Assembly: GCA_038884755.1 (NCBI GenBank)
Contig: JAWABJ010000001.1
Location: 96,001 to 160,000 of the forward strand
Reading direction: 5' to 3'
DNA from: Candidatus Norongarragalinales archaeon
GTDB taxonomy: Archaea; Micrarchaeota; Micrarchaeia; Norongarragalinales; Norongarragalinaceae
DNA: 64,000 nucleotides
Of the stretch, positions 9,271 to 18,773 are shown one piece after another (the first letter of the stretch is position 1; each line of letters opens with the position of its first letter). The position numbers were made by a program, and so were the translations under genes. A model generated the notes under the pieces. That model ran no database searches, was not told where the DNA came from, and saw only the letters and a program-made list of their open reading frames with translations.

Positions 9271-9741
9271 ATGGAGGCGCTCGTTTTGCACTTGAAGGCC
9301 ATGGGCTTGGAACACTATTCAGAAATCCCGCTTAAGGGCACGAACCACAAAGTACTCAAGTTTTTCTTTCCCCCGCCCAAGTACGAACTAGCTCATCGTT
9401 GGTTCTGGCCTTTCGGCAAAGGCTACGTGAAGGAAGTGGAATACGAAGATAAACTTCACAAGCTCGGCGCCCATGATGTTGTGACGCAAGACGCCTACGA
9501 AATGATCGGCAAGCATTTCAAGAGTTTGGCTAACGACCTGCTCGTCGAAACCAAAAAACGCAAGGTGGGCTTAGAGTCCGAAGTCCAAGTAAACTTCGTC
9601 GAGCTCATCCCCTTGAGCAAAAAAGGGCAAGCGATTTTGGATGAACTCAAGAAATTCCTGGAAAAGCACGATGTCCCGCACCGCGAGAAGGAATTCCAGG
9701 AGAATTCGGCCGCAGCCGAGTTTTTCGAGTGGGGCAATTAG
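9271..9741 (+). CDS. Hypothetical protein
   Basis: Fills gap between prs and endoQ, plausible composition; no motif recognised. Confidence 0.6.
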   Translation: MEALVLHLKAMGLEHYSEIPLKGTNHKVLKFFFPPPKYELAHRWFWPFGKGYVKEVEYEDKLHKLGAHDVVTQDAYEMIGKHFKSLANDLLVETKKRKVGLESEVQVNFVELIPLSKKGQAILDELKKFLEKHDVPHREKEFQENSAAAEFFEWGN

Positions 9742-9775
9742 CAATCGTTTTATGCCCTGCACGACAAATTTTTTC

Positions 9776-11038
9776 ATGCTTTATTTCGTCGACTTTCACC
9801 TGCACTCGAAATACTCGCGGGCTGTCTCGCAAGCCATGAGCTTGGAAGGGCTGGTGGCGGGGGCGAGGGAAAAAGGCCTGCAGATTCTCGGCACAGGCGA
9901 CTTTTCCCATCCTCTTTGGTTTAAGGAGTTGAAGCAAAAACTTTTGCCTGCTGAACCCGAAGGCTTGTTTGTGCTCAAGGGCTTCGAAGACAGCGGCGTT
10001 CACTTTGTTTTGACTAACGAAGTTTCCACGATTGCTTCCACGCCTCAAGGCGTGAAGAAAGTACATCATTTGCTTCACGCGCCGTCGCTCGAGGTTGTCG
10101 AACAAATAAACGACGTTCTGGCGAAAAAAGGAAACTTGACTGCAGACGGCAGGCCGACTTTCGGAAACACTCTGCCTGCTGAAATAGTGGAAATTGCGGA
10201 AAGCGCGAGCAAAGATAATTTCGTCATACCCTGCCACGCTTGGACGCCGTGGTTCAGCGTTTTCGGAAGCATGAGCGGCTTCAACTCGCTTGAAGAAGCG
10301 TATGAAGACAAGGCGGAAAGCATTTTCGCGATTGAAACGGGCATGAGCAGCGACCCTGCGATGAACTGGCGGATAAGCGCGTTGGACGGAATCACGCTTG
10401 TATCCAATTCAGACGCCCACTCGAACCACCCTTGGCGTCTTGGGAGGGAATGCAATGCTTTTGAATTTCCTTCGTTGCCTTCTTTCAAGCAACTGCGCAA
10501 CGCAATTGAGACGCGCAAAAACTTTGCTTTCACGGTTGAAGTTAACCCTTCTTACGGGAAATACCATTTCGACGGGCACAGGAACTGCAAATTCTCGTGC
10601 CCGCCTGGGGAAACGAAAAAACTCAAGGGAGTTTGCCCCGTGTGCAAACGACCGCTTACGATTGGTGTTTTGAATCGCGTCGAGGAGTTGGCGGACAGAC
10701 CTGAAGGCTATACGCCGGCAGATGCCGTTCCTTTCAAGACCGTGCTGCCGCTGCACGAGCTTTTGTCCGGGGTTTTGAAAGTGCAGCTGACTTCGAAGAA
10801 AGTTTCTCTTGCAGCTGAAAAAATATTGAGTTTGGGGAGCGAACTGCGCGTTTTGCTTGAAGCGCCGAGGGACGAATTGCTGAAAGTTGCTGACGCAAGC
10901 GTGGCCGACGTGATTTTGCTCAACCGCTCTGGTGGCATTGAAGTGAAGCCGGGTTTCGACGGCGAGTATGGCGTGCCTTTGGTTTCGGAAAAAACCGCTT
11001 CGAGCCTGTTGGGGCAGAAAAAGTTAGGCGAATATTAA
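9776..11038 (+). CDS. Endonuclease Q family (PHP domain plus zinc ribbon)
   Basis: DFHLHSKYSRA, GTGDFSHP, HAWTPW, SNSDAHS, GKYH.DGHR.C, CPVC, GVLNRV.ELADR, PGFDGEYG. Confidence 0.92.
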   Translation: MLYFVDFHLHSKYSRAVSQAMSLEGLVAGAREKGLQILGTGDFSHPLWFKELKQKLLPAEPEGLFVLKGFEDSGVHFVLTNEVSTIASTPQGVKKVHHLLHAPSLEVVEQINDVLAKKGNLTADGRPTFGNTLPAEIVEIAESASKDNFVIPCHAWTPWFSVFGSMSGFNSLEEAYEDKAESIFAIETGMSSDPAMNWRISALDGITLVSNSDAHSNHPWRLGRECNAFEFPSLPSFKQLRNAIETRKNFAFTVEVNPSYGKYHFDGHRNCKFSCPPGETKKLKGVCPVCKRPLTIGVLNRVEELADRPEGYTPADAVPFKTVLPLHELLSGVLKVQLTSKKVSLAAEKILSLGSELRVLLEAPRDELLKVADASVADVILLNRSGGIEVKPGFDGEYGVPLVSEKTASSLLGQKKLGEY

Positions 11039-11053
11039 CGCGGGGGGGGGCGT

Positions 11054-11395
11054 TCATCGCCTTAGGAACCACCAAACCAGGAGTACGAGCACAAGGCCTA
11101 TTATGGTGGTCGTGCCTTGCGCGTTGAACAAAATCGAGCCTAAAAGAATAAGCAGGAAGCCGACCATCATGAACACGAACGGTTCCATTCCGAAAACTGT
11201 CTTGTGCATTGGCATGGGCGCGGTTGCCTGTGCCATCGCGCTTCCACCCCCTCCCCCGGGGTTGATGGGAGTGACATTGCCGGTTTGAGGGTCTACGCGC
11301 ACTGCAAACCCGCAGTTGCGGCAGTAAACAACGTTGTTCTGCGCGTCTACATCCAAGTTAGGATTGCCGCACTGCGGGCAGGAAACTTCACCCAT
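11054..11395 (-). CDS. Zinc-ribbon protein with two C-terminal TM helices
   Basis: CPQCG...YCRNCG TFIIB-type ribbon, Gly/Pro linker, two hydrophobic segments. Confidence 0.75.
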   Translation of the reverse strand: MGEVSCPQCGNPNLDVDAQNNVVYCRNCGFAVRVDPQTGNVTPINPGGGGGSAMAQATAPMPMHKTVFGMEPFVFMMVGFLLILLGSILFNAQGTTTIIGLVLVLLVWWFLRR

Positions 11396-11451
11396 TGAAA
11401 ATCACGCAAGCATTACAGCATTTTCGGTTTTTAAACGATATGCAATGCAAA

Positions 11452-11751
11452 CTATTGTTTTTTGAAGTAGAGCATCGCGCCGAACGCCACGCGTATTAGT
11501 CTTCCAAGCTGGAAAAGCTCGTCTTGGTCGGGAGAGAAAACCATCGAGCCCATGGCTTCGAGAATAAGGTATACGCCCGCGATTTTCCACAGGTTTTTCG
11601 GCAATGCATTCAGCAAAAACATTATTCCGATTGCGATTCGCAGCAGCCTTCCTGCGAAGAACAAGGGAATCTGGTCTGTGCTATACACTATGGAGAAAAT
11701 GCCTTCGAGAATGAGGAAAACGCCGAACGCCTTGAGCAAACCGATTTTCAT
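11452..11751 (-). CDS. Small 4-TM membrane protein with internal duplication
   Basis: Two repeats of GV.LILE...S.V.S.DQ..LF..GRL.R.A.G. Confidence 0.7.
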   Translation of the reverse strand: MKIGLLKAFGVFLILEGIFSIVYSTDQIPLFFAGRLLRIAIGIMFLLNALPKNLWKIAGVYLILEAMGSMVFSPDQDELFQLGRLIRVAFGAMLYFKKQ

Positions 11752-11760
11752 TTTTGCGTT

Positions 11761-12183
11761 TCACTCGCCTATTATTTTCACTATCACGCGCTTGCGCCTT
11801 TGCCCGTCGAATTCCGCGTAGTAAATTTGCTCCCACGGGCCGAGGTCGAGCTTTCCGCCGGTAATGGGCATGACAACCTGGTGGCCGATGAGCATTCGTT
11901 TGAGGTGGGCGTCGCCGTTGTCTTCGCCAGTGCGGTGGTGTTTGTAATCGCTTTTGAAGGGGGCGAGGCGTTCGAGCATTTGCTGGATGTCGTCTATAAG
12001 CCCGTCTTCAGCGTCGTTGACGTAAACGCTTGCGGTAATGTGCATTGCAGACACGAGGCAAAACCCTTCCTTGACTTTGCTTTTCGCAACGATTTTTTCA
12101 ACGTCGTCCGTAATATTTACGAACTCACGTTTGTTTTTCGTGTTGAACCACAAGTATTCAGTGTACGATTTAATTTCAATCAC
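11761..12183 (-). CDS. yjbQ: YjbQ/UPF0047 family protein
   Basis: [28 protein letters not shown] motifs. Confidence 0.93.
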   Translation of the reverse strand: MIEIKSYTEYLWFNTKNKREFVNITDDVEKIVAKSKVKEGFCLVSAMHITASVYVNDAEDGLIDDIQQMLERLAPFKSDYKHHRTGEDNGDAHLKRMLIGHQVVMPITGGKLDLGPWEQIYYAEFDGQRRKRVIVKIIGE

Positions 12184-13031
12184 TTTTTGAATAATGATGC
12201 TGCGCCAAGCACTCCGAGGTTTTCATGGGCGGTTATGCGTATTTTGGCGTGTGGTACTGGCGAACGCAAGCGAAGGTATTCTTCGCGCGTTTTTTCAACA
12301 AGCGCCTCCCATTTTCTCATTCCGCCGGCTAAAACGATTGCTTCTGGAGTGTGGGTTTGGGTAATAATCTGGAGGGCGTGAGCGAGTTTGCTTGCAACTG
12401 CATTCATTGCCCGAATTGCGTGCTTGTCGCCTTGTTCTTGCAGTTTTGCCAAGTCTTCGGAATCTTCGATTTTTTGCTTTCCTTTGTAGAACCGAACCAT
12501 AGCCCTGGTCCCGATTTGCGCTTCCAGTTCAGGTTCGTCGGGATGCAAGAGGATTTGTCCTGGTTCCATTCCTCTTACGTACGGTTCTTTCAACCTTGGC
12601 GAATTGTCTACGAACGAACCACCTATGCCCGTGCCAAGCGTCAGCAAAAGAAGTGTTTTTTCGTCGTGCCCTCCGTAGTGTAATTCTCCAAGTCCTGCCG
12701 CAATAGCATCGTTTACTGCCCTTACTTCTACCTTCAAACCTTTGGATTCCAAAGCGTTTTTGGCTTCCTGTTCTACGTTCGTGTTGTTGAAGGGAAGCGC
12801 GCCTGCCGAAACCAGTTTTCCCTTGAAGATTCCTGCAGTTCCAATTCCCACGCCCGCAATCCTTTTCTGTGCTGCTAACGTAGTTACGGCTTTTGCGATC
12901 TTAGTGAAAAGCTTTTTCTTATTCGTTGGAGTTCGAAAAGTAATCGTTTCGACAGCCTTGCCCGCCTGTAGATTTACAAGACCGCATTTTATTTTGGTCC
13001 CACCGATGTCAACGCCCACAGCAAAAGTCAT
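12180..13031 (-). CDS. ROK-family sugar kinase
   Basis: [30 protein letters not shown]; lacks the Cys-rich Zn motif. Confidence 0.88.
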   Translation of the reverse strand: MTFAVGVDIGGTKIKCGLVNLQAGKAVETITFRTPTNKKKLFTKIAKAVTTLAAQKRIAGVGIGTAGIFKGKLVSAGALPFNNTNVEQEAKNALESKGLKVEVRAVNDAIAAGLGELHYGGHDEKTLLLLTLGTGIGGSFVDNSPRLKEPYVRGMEPGQILLHPDEPELEAQIGTRAMVRFYKGKQKIEDSEDLAKLQEQGDKHAIRAMNAVASKLAHALQIITQTHTPEAIVLAGGMRKWEALVEKTREEYLRLRSPVPHAKIRITAHENLGVLGAASLFKK

Positions 13032-13082
13032 ATGGATAATTATTCGAATTGAGAGGATTTTAAACCAATCGAGTCGGAAAAC

Positions 13083-13862
13083 TCAAACGAGTTTTTTCCT
13101 CGCGTATTCAACCGCGTTTTCGAAAACCTTCAAGCCTTCACCTTGCTTTGCTTCCCCGCGCGTCCAACGCGGGTGGTTGGTCGCGAAACAAAAAGCTTCG
13201 GGGTGGGGCATGAGCCCGAAAACCCTTCCCGTTTCGTCGCAGATGCCCGCAATGTCTTCCATCGAGCCGTTGGGGTTCCAAGGGTATTCGGCGTTTTTCG
13301 CGCTTTTCTTGTGCGGGTTGAAATAGCGGAAAACGATTTGCTTGTTTTTGTTCAGCAGCGCGAGAGTTTCTTCGCCCGCAATGAACTTTCCCTCACCGTG
13401 GCGCACTGGAAGCGCGAGTTCTTTTATTCCTTTAGTCCAAACGCTCCGCGAGTCGGCGTTTTTCAGGCAAACCCACCTGTCTTCAAAGTGCCCCGAGTCG
13501 TTGAAAGTGAGGGTGGTGGTTTGCTCGAGCGATTTAGGGTTGGGCAGCAGCCCCGCCTTCACGAGAATCTGGAAGCCGTTGCATATGCCTATAGCGAGCT
13601 TTCCGGCGTCGATGAAGTCTTGGATTTGCGTCTGCAGCTTGAAGCGCAGTTTGTTGGCGAATACTTTTCCGCTGGCAATGTCGTCCGCAAAGGAGAAGCC
13701 GCCTGGAATCGCGAGAATGTGGTAGTCTTTAAGCATGTTTTTCTGCAGAACGTCGTTGAAGTGCACGCGGTCGGCGTGGGCGCCGGCCGTTTTGAACGCG
13801 TTTTGCGTTTCGAAATCGCAGTTTATGCCGTAGCCGGTTAAAACCAGCGTTTTGACTTCCAA
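13083..13862 (-). CDS. purQ: FGAM synthase glutaminase subunit
   Basis: G.NCD.ET, PGGFS..D, GICNGFQ, HGEGK, NPNGS, GLMPHPE. Confidence 0.96.
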   Translation of the reverse strand: MEVKTLVLTGYGINCDFETQNAFKTAGAHADRVHFNDVLQKNMLKDYHILAIPGGFSFADDIASGKVFANKLRFKLQTQIQDFIDAGKLAIGICNGFQILVKAGLLPNPKSLEQTTTLTFNDSGHFEDRWVCLKNADSRSVWTKGIKELALPVRHGEGKFIAGEETLALLNKNKQIVFRYFNPHKKSAKNAEYPWNPNGSMEDIAGICDETGRVFGLMPHPEAFCFATNHPRWTRGEAKQGEGLKVFENAVEYARKKLV

Positions 13863-16819
13863 GCGTTTTTCAACTCCGTGATTTTCTCGTCGATTATTTT
13901 CTTGCCGTTCAGCCCCATGCAGGATAGCTTGTTTCCTTTCACCACGCCTATTTGCGCGAACTCCGTTCCTTTCATGGTTTCCTCGAATTCCTTTGCGTTC
14001 TTGTGGCTTACGCTGACAACGAACCTCCCTGCGCTTTCCGAATACAAGAGAACGTCGTTTTTCCTCGCGTCTTCGGGGGCGGTGATTTTGCGCAAGTCCA
14101 TTTCAACCCCGAGACCGCCCGCGAAGGCAGACTCTGCAATGGCAACCGCAAGCCCTCCGTCAGAACAATCGTGCGCCGACGCTACCACCCCCTTTTCTAT
14201 GGCTTTGCTCAACGCGTTGTAGAGCTTCTTGTTTTCTTCAGCATTGACGCGCGGCACGAAGCCGCCTTTCTTTCCCAGCGAAGCGTAGTACTCGCTTTCG
14301 CCCAATTCGTTCTTGGTTTTCCCGAGAATGAACACGGCATCGCCTTCTTTCTTGAAGTCCATGGAAACCGTTTTGGAAACGTCTGGAATCTTGGCGACTA
14401 CCGTAAACAACAGCGTGGGGAGAACGGAAATCTTTTTGCTTCCTGCGAAAGCGTCGTTTTTCATGCTGTCTTTGCCTGAAACGCACGGCACGCCGTAAGT
14501 TTTCGTATACTCGTATAATGCTTTGTTTGCCTTGACGAGGTCTCCGAGCTTGAGTTCGGCGTCGGGGTTTGTTTTGGAGGGAAGGGGGTCGGGCCAGCAG
14601 AAGTTGTCCAGGCAAACCATGCGTTCGAGTGAAGCTCCGGTTGCAACGCAATTGCGTATCGCCTCGTCCAGGGCGTTGGCTGCCATCAAGTACGCGTCGG
14701 CTTTGGAGTATTTTGGACACAATCCGTTTGCTATGACCAGCCCTTCCTGTGAATCGTATAGTGGCTTGATTGCCGCGGCGTCGGAAGGCCCGTCGTTTTC
14801 CGCGCCTTCGAACGGTTTTATGACGCTCAACGCCTGCACTTCGTGGTCATAGCGGCGCACTATTTCCTCTTTCGAGCAGACGTTCCAGCCGGAAAGAATT
14901 TTTTTGAGCGCGGTAGCGTGGTTTTTCGGCTCGGGCACGCTTTCGGCGCTTTCCTTCGTCTTTCTTGAGGTGGCTTTCAAGTTCAACTGGGGCGGGTTGT
15001 GGATGAATTCAAGCTCCAAAAGCCCGATGGTTTTTCCTTCAAACATCACTTGCACTACTCCTGTGTTCGTGAAAACCCCAATTTCGCTTGCCTCGACTTC
15101 GTGCTTTCGCGCGAGTTCAAAAAACCTATCGCGGTTTTCGGGCTTGATTGCGAGTGTCATGCGTTCTTGCGATTCGCTGAGGAAGATTTCCCAGGGAGCC
15201 AAGCCGGAATACTTGAGGGGCACTTTGTCCACGTGCACCACCGCACCGTTGCTCTGTTGCGCCATTTCGCCCACGCTGCTGCTCAACCCCCCGGCGCCGT
15301 TGTCGGTAATGCTTTCAATAAGTCCTTCATCCCTCGCGTCCATGACCAAGTCGATTACTTTTTTTTGCGTGAACGGGTCGCCGATTTGCACTGCACTGGC
15401 CGGCGAGGCTTGAGTGAGGCCCATTGATGAGAACGTAGCGCCGTGAATGCCGTCTTTTCCCACGCGCCCTCCGACCATTAAAATCAATTGTCCCGCCTTA
15501 GCTTTTTTTTCGTGCGTGAGCCTTCCATCCTTGAGCTTAGCAGGCATTATGCCTCCTGTTCCGCAGTACACGAGCGGCTTTCCTGCGAAAGAATCGTCGA
15601 AAGTAATCGAGCCGTTGACAGTCGCGATTCCGCTTTTGTTTCCGCCGTCTTGAATGCCTCGCACCACCCCCCACAGTATTTGCTGCGGGTGGATTTTCGG
15701 GTAAGGCCCTTTGTAATCGGGAGGGGCGAAGCAGAAAACGTCTGTATTGAAAATGGGTCTTGCCCCGAGCCCTGCGCCGAGAATGTCGCGGTTGACGCCG
15801 ACTATTCCGGTTACGGCTCCGTCGTACGGGCCCAATGCGCAGGGGGAGTTATGCGTTTCCACTTTTACTGCCACGTTCCAGTTTTTGTTGAAGGAAAATA
15901 TTCCCGCGTTGTCTTTGAATGCCGAAAGTACGAACCCAGGCTTTTCGCGCATGATTTCCTCCGCCGATTTTTTTACGAAAGTCTTGAAGAGCGAGTTGAT
16001 TTTTTCTTTTTTACCGCTTTCGTCCTCGTATTCTATGGTCGCGTTGAAAATCTTGTGCTTGCAGTGTTCGCTCCAGGTTTGCGCTATGCTTTCCAGCTCG
16101 ACGTCAGTTGCGTTTTGAGTCAAGCCTAGCTTCCTGCGTTTTTGGGCGAAAGAGCGTTCGGAGTACTTCTTTTTAACTGCCGCAAGTTCGTTTGCCGTAA
16201 GCGCGAGCAGCCTCTGTTTGGCGAGCTTTTCCAGTGCCTGCACGCTTGCGCCCATGTTAATTTCCTCGACAAGCGCGTTTTTTTCCGAAACGACCAACGG
16301 CGGGTTTGCCGGAAAGCCTTCGGTTTCTTTGAACTCGCTCCTGCCCTTCACCTGCCATTGTTCGAGCAGGTCGTTCGCCGCGAGGGTGGAAATTATTTTT
16401 TCCGCCTCTTGCTTTGTCACGCCTGAGAAGAGATACTGCCGCGAGGTGAATGCAGTGCCGTTGAAGGATGGCATCGCGTCTTTGATTGCCTGTGCGGTAG
16501 TGCGGCCTACGTTGTCGCTCACTCCCGGCTTGAATCCCACTTCCACCGCGAAATCGAATTTCCTGTCGTCTTTCAGGGCGAGTGATTCGTTTATGCAAAA
16601 CTCTTGCAGCAAGGGGTCGGCGAGAAGCTGTTTCGCCACTCGTTCCAAGTTCCAAAAGCCGCTTATGCCGCCGAGAGTGTAGACGTCGATGGTGTCAACT
16701 GCCTTGAGCTTGAATCCCGCTGCTTTGGCGGCGTGGAAGAGGGCTTCGGCAAAGGGGTTTTTCACTCCTTCCTTGAAACCGACTTCAATCCTGTGGAAAA
16801 AGCCTTTGGGCTTTTCCAT
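13838..16819 (-). CDS. purL: FGAM synthase PurL with N-terminal PurS-like extension
   Basis: QTWSEHCKH, DNAG, KVETHNSP, DGIHGA, DNGAGG, SESQERM, YDHEV, HDCSDGG; about 190-aa N-terminal extension. Confidence 0.95.
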   Translation of the reverse strand: MEKPKGFFHRIEVGFKEGVKNPFAEALFHAAKAAGFKLKAVDTIDVYTLGGISGFWNLERVAKQLLADPLLQEFCINESLALKDDRKFDFAVEVGFKPGVSDNVGRTTAQAIKDAMPSFNGTAFTSRQYLFSGVTKQEAEKIISTLAANDLLEQWQVKGRSEFKETEGFPANPPLVVSEKNALVEEINMGASVQALEKLAKQRLLALTANELAAVKKKYSERSFAQKRRKLGLTQNATDVELESIAQTWSEHCKHKIFNATIEYEDESGKKEKINSLFKTFVKKSAEEIMREKPGFVLSAFKDNAGIFSFNKNWNVAVKVETHNSPCALGPYDGAVTGIVGVNRDILGAGLGARPIFNTDVFCFAPPDYKGPYPKIHPQQILWGVVRGIQDGGNKSGIATVNGSITFDDSFAGKPLVYCGTGGIMPAKLKDGRLTHEKKAKAGQLILMVGGRVGKDGIHGATFSSMGLTQASPASAVQIGDPFTQKKVIDLVMDARDEGLIESITDNGAGGLSSSVGEMAQQSNGAVVHVDKVPLKYSGLAPWEIFLSESQERMTLAIKPENRDRFFELARKHEVEASEIGVFTNTGVVQVMFEGKTIGLLELEFIHNPPQLNLKATSRKTKESAESVPEPKNHATALKKILSGWNVCSKEEIVRRYDHEVQALSVIKPFEGAENDGPSDAAAIKPLYDSQEGLVIANGLCPKYSKADAYLMAANALDEAIRNCVATGASLERMVCLDNFCWPDPLPSKTNPDAELKLGDLVKANKALYEYTKTYGVPCVSGKDSMKNDAFAGSKKISVLPTLLFTVVAKIPDVSKTVSMDFKKEGDAVFILGKTKNELGESEYYASLGKKGGFVPRVNAEENKKLYNALSKAIEKGVVASAHDCSDGGLAVAIAESAFAGGLGVEMDLRKITAPEDARKNDVLLYSESAGRFVVSVSHKNAKEFEETMKGTEFAQIGVVKGNKLSCMGLNGKKIIDEKITELKNAWKSKRWF

Positions 16820-17004
16820 CAACCCACCGCCCGAAAGACACCTGGAAAAAGAACAGTTTTTTCTGAAAGGGTTTTTACGGTCTTCTCGTTAATAATGCTA
16901 TTCCCGCTGCAGAGGGGGAAATGCTCTATACGTTTAAAAACTTGAGTGCGGTTAAGTCTCACAAAACTCGCTTTTCCGTTTTTGGCTATCGGGTGTCGCG
17001 CAGA

Positions 17005-17625
17005 ATGCCTTGGAAGAAACTGTTGAACTGGCTTTTCGGCCTTTTTGGACGCAAAAAAGAATTCAGCTTGGGGCTGTACGGCCCTCCCAACGCCGGAAAG
17101 ACGACGCTTGCGAATCGCATTTCCCTCGACTGGACTGGCGAGCCTGTTGGGAAAGTAAGCGAAATCCCGCACGAAACCAGGCAGGTGCAGAAGAAAGAGC
17201 GCGTGGAAATAAGGGTGGACGGAAAGCGCCTGACCATGAACCTTTTGGACATGCCCGGCATTGCGACCAAGGTTGACTACCGCGAGTTCATCCCATACGG
17301 CATTGAGTTGAAGGAAGCGCAGCAGCGGGCTAAGGAAGCCACCAAGGGCATTATCGAGGCGATAAAGTGGCTTGAGCACGTTGACGTTGCTCTCGTGGTG
17401 CTGGATTCGACCGAAGATCCTTACACGCAAGTCAACCTCACTATCATCGGAAATCTGGAAGCACGCAAAATTCCCGTGATCATAGTCGCGAACAAGTGCG
17501 ACGCTAAAAAGGCGAAGCCCGACAAGATAAAATCGGCTTTCCCGCAGTACAAGATAGTGGAAGTTAGCGCGTTGAAGGGGGACAACATCCACAAGCTTTA
17601 CAAGGAGATTGCCGCCGCGGCGTGA
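17005..17625 (+). CDS. Small GTPase, OapA/ArvA-like
   Basis: GPPNAGKT, PHETR, DMPG, NKCD, SAL motifs; N-terminal amphipathic helix MPWKKLLNWLFGLF; followed by OapB/OapC-like genes. Confidence 0.88.
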   Translation: MPWKKLLNWLFGLFGRKKEFSLGLYGPPNAGKTTLANRISLDWTGEPVGKVSEIPHETRQVQKKERVEIRVDGKRLTMNLLDMPGIATKVDYREFIPYGIELKEAQQRAKEATKGIIEAIKWLEHVDVALVVLDSTEDPYTQVNLTIIGNLEARKIPVIIVANKCDAKKAKPDKIKSAFPQYKIVEVSALKGDNIHKLYKEIAAAA

Positions 17626-17641
17626 GAAGGTGTTCGAAACA

Positions 17642-17989
17642 ATGGCTGTGCAGATTGAATTCGTTTCTTCGAAAACCTTGAGGCAATTGTCGAGCGAAAA
17701 GAAAATCGCCATGGTTTTGGACAGCGTAAAGAAAAACTCGATTCTGGTTTTGGAAGAGCCTCTGACGCTCGATGAAGAGCGCATGCTCATTCGCGAGACG
17801 ATGAAAATAATCACCAAGAGCTTTCCCGGAATAGAAATTTCCTCCCTCTCGCCGCAAGAGGACGACTTGCGTTCTCAATTCATCCGCCTCATCGGCGGGA
17901 AGACGAGCGGGCTTACGGTAGTCGGCCCGGCTCACTTGGTCAAGGAAATGAAGAAAGACCCGAACAAGCTAAGGGTTTTAACGAAATAA
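17642..17989 (+). CDS. OapB/ArvB-like (DUF2073) protein
   Basis: ILVLEE.L..DEE..LI..TM.....F.GIEI and GLTVVGPA motifs. Confidence 0.85.
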   Translation: MAVQIEFVSSKTLRQLSSEKKIAMVLDSVKKNSILVLEEPLTLDEERMLIRETMKIITKSFPGIEISSLSPQEDDLRSQFIRLIGGKTSGLTVVGPAHLVKEMKKDPNKLRVLTK

Positions 17990-18017
17990 CCCCTTCTTTT
18001 TTTCGAGGCGTTTTTGA

Positions 18018-18347
18018 ATGCACAAGTGCGTGCGCTGTTCCACAGTATACCAAAACAATGCCAAGGAGCTTCTCAGCGGATGCCCTTGCGGGGCGCGCGT
18101 GTTCGTTTTCCTCAAGGACGGAAAGGCGGCCGAGTCTGAAGAAGACTACTCGTGGTTGGAGGCCGAGTTCAAGTCTCTGGCGAAAGACAAGCCCGTGAGC
18201 GTGGATTCGGACTCGGCAGAAAACCTGCGAATTCTCGAAAAAGGAGCGTACGAACTGGACGTGAAATCTCTCATGGGCGGAAATCCGCTAGTGGTTAAAA
18301 GCGAGAAGGGAATTTACTACATCAAAGTGCCGCACTTCAAGCAATAG
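18018..18347 (+). CDS. OapC/ArvC-like Zn-ribbon (DUF2072) protein
   Basis: HKCVRC...LLSGCPCG..F and E..RI...G.YELD...L...G.Y.I motifs. Confidence 0.85.
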   Translation: MHKCVRCSTVYQNNAKELLSGCPCGARVFVFLKDGKAAESEEDYSWLEAEFKSLAKDKPVSVDSDSAENLRILEKGAYELDVKSLMGGNPLVVKSEKGIYYIKVPHFKQ

Positions 18348-18365
18348 TTTTTTTTGTTTTGCAGC

Positions 18366-18773
18366 TTATTTCCTGTATCCCTTGATTCGCGCTTTTTCCG
18401 AAGGCTTTTGGAACTTGTATCCAGAAAGGTTGCGCACTGTGCGTTCGCCGAAAGCCCTCGCCCGCTCCAAATCGGTTTCGTCAAGCGAGTTTTTGAAAAA
18501 CCCTTTTTTTTCCAAAAAAATCTGGTTGACGATGCGAGCGTTCTGCAAAATGCGTATTGCTTTTTCCATGGGGTTGCTGAATTCAAGAAAGCCTTTCGCG
18601 TGGAACAACGCCACGCTTCCCGTTTCCTTACCGCCGGCTTTCGCGCAATCGAGGAAAACCAAGTCAAAACCATCCTTGAATTCGGGAGAAAATTCTACGA
18701 ATGCATTCGCTTGCCTAGCGCCTTGAGCGATTTTTTCAGCGATTTCGCCTTCCCCGACTATTAAAACCTTCAT
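18366..18773 (-). CDS. Degenerate flavodoxin-like protein
   Basis: MKVLIV...IAEKIAQG, DLVFL, VALF, LERARAFGE pattern; FMN loop absent; start overlaps pyrG stop. Confidence 0.5.
   Translation of the reverse strand: MKVLIVGEGEIAEKIAQGARQANAFVEFSPEFKDGFDLVFLDCAKAGGKETGSVALFHAKGFLEFSNPMEKAIRILQNARIVNQIFLEKKGFFKNSLDETDLERARAFGERTVRNLSGYKFQKPSEKARIKGYRK

Noticed and set aside
11037..11054. G9 homopolymer as a phase-variation tract
   Set aside because: Lies between two convergent stop codons, in a small AACGC/GCGTT hairpin; cannot shift a frame or promoter
16823..17004. Replication origin next to oap/arv genes, as in haloarchaea
   Set aside because: No ORB-like repeats recognised, short spacer and no cdc6/orc1 in the window
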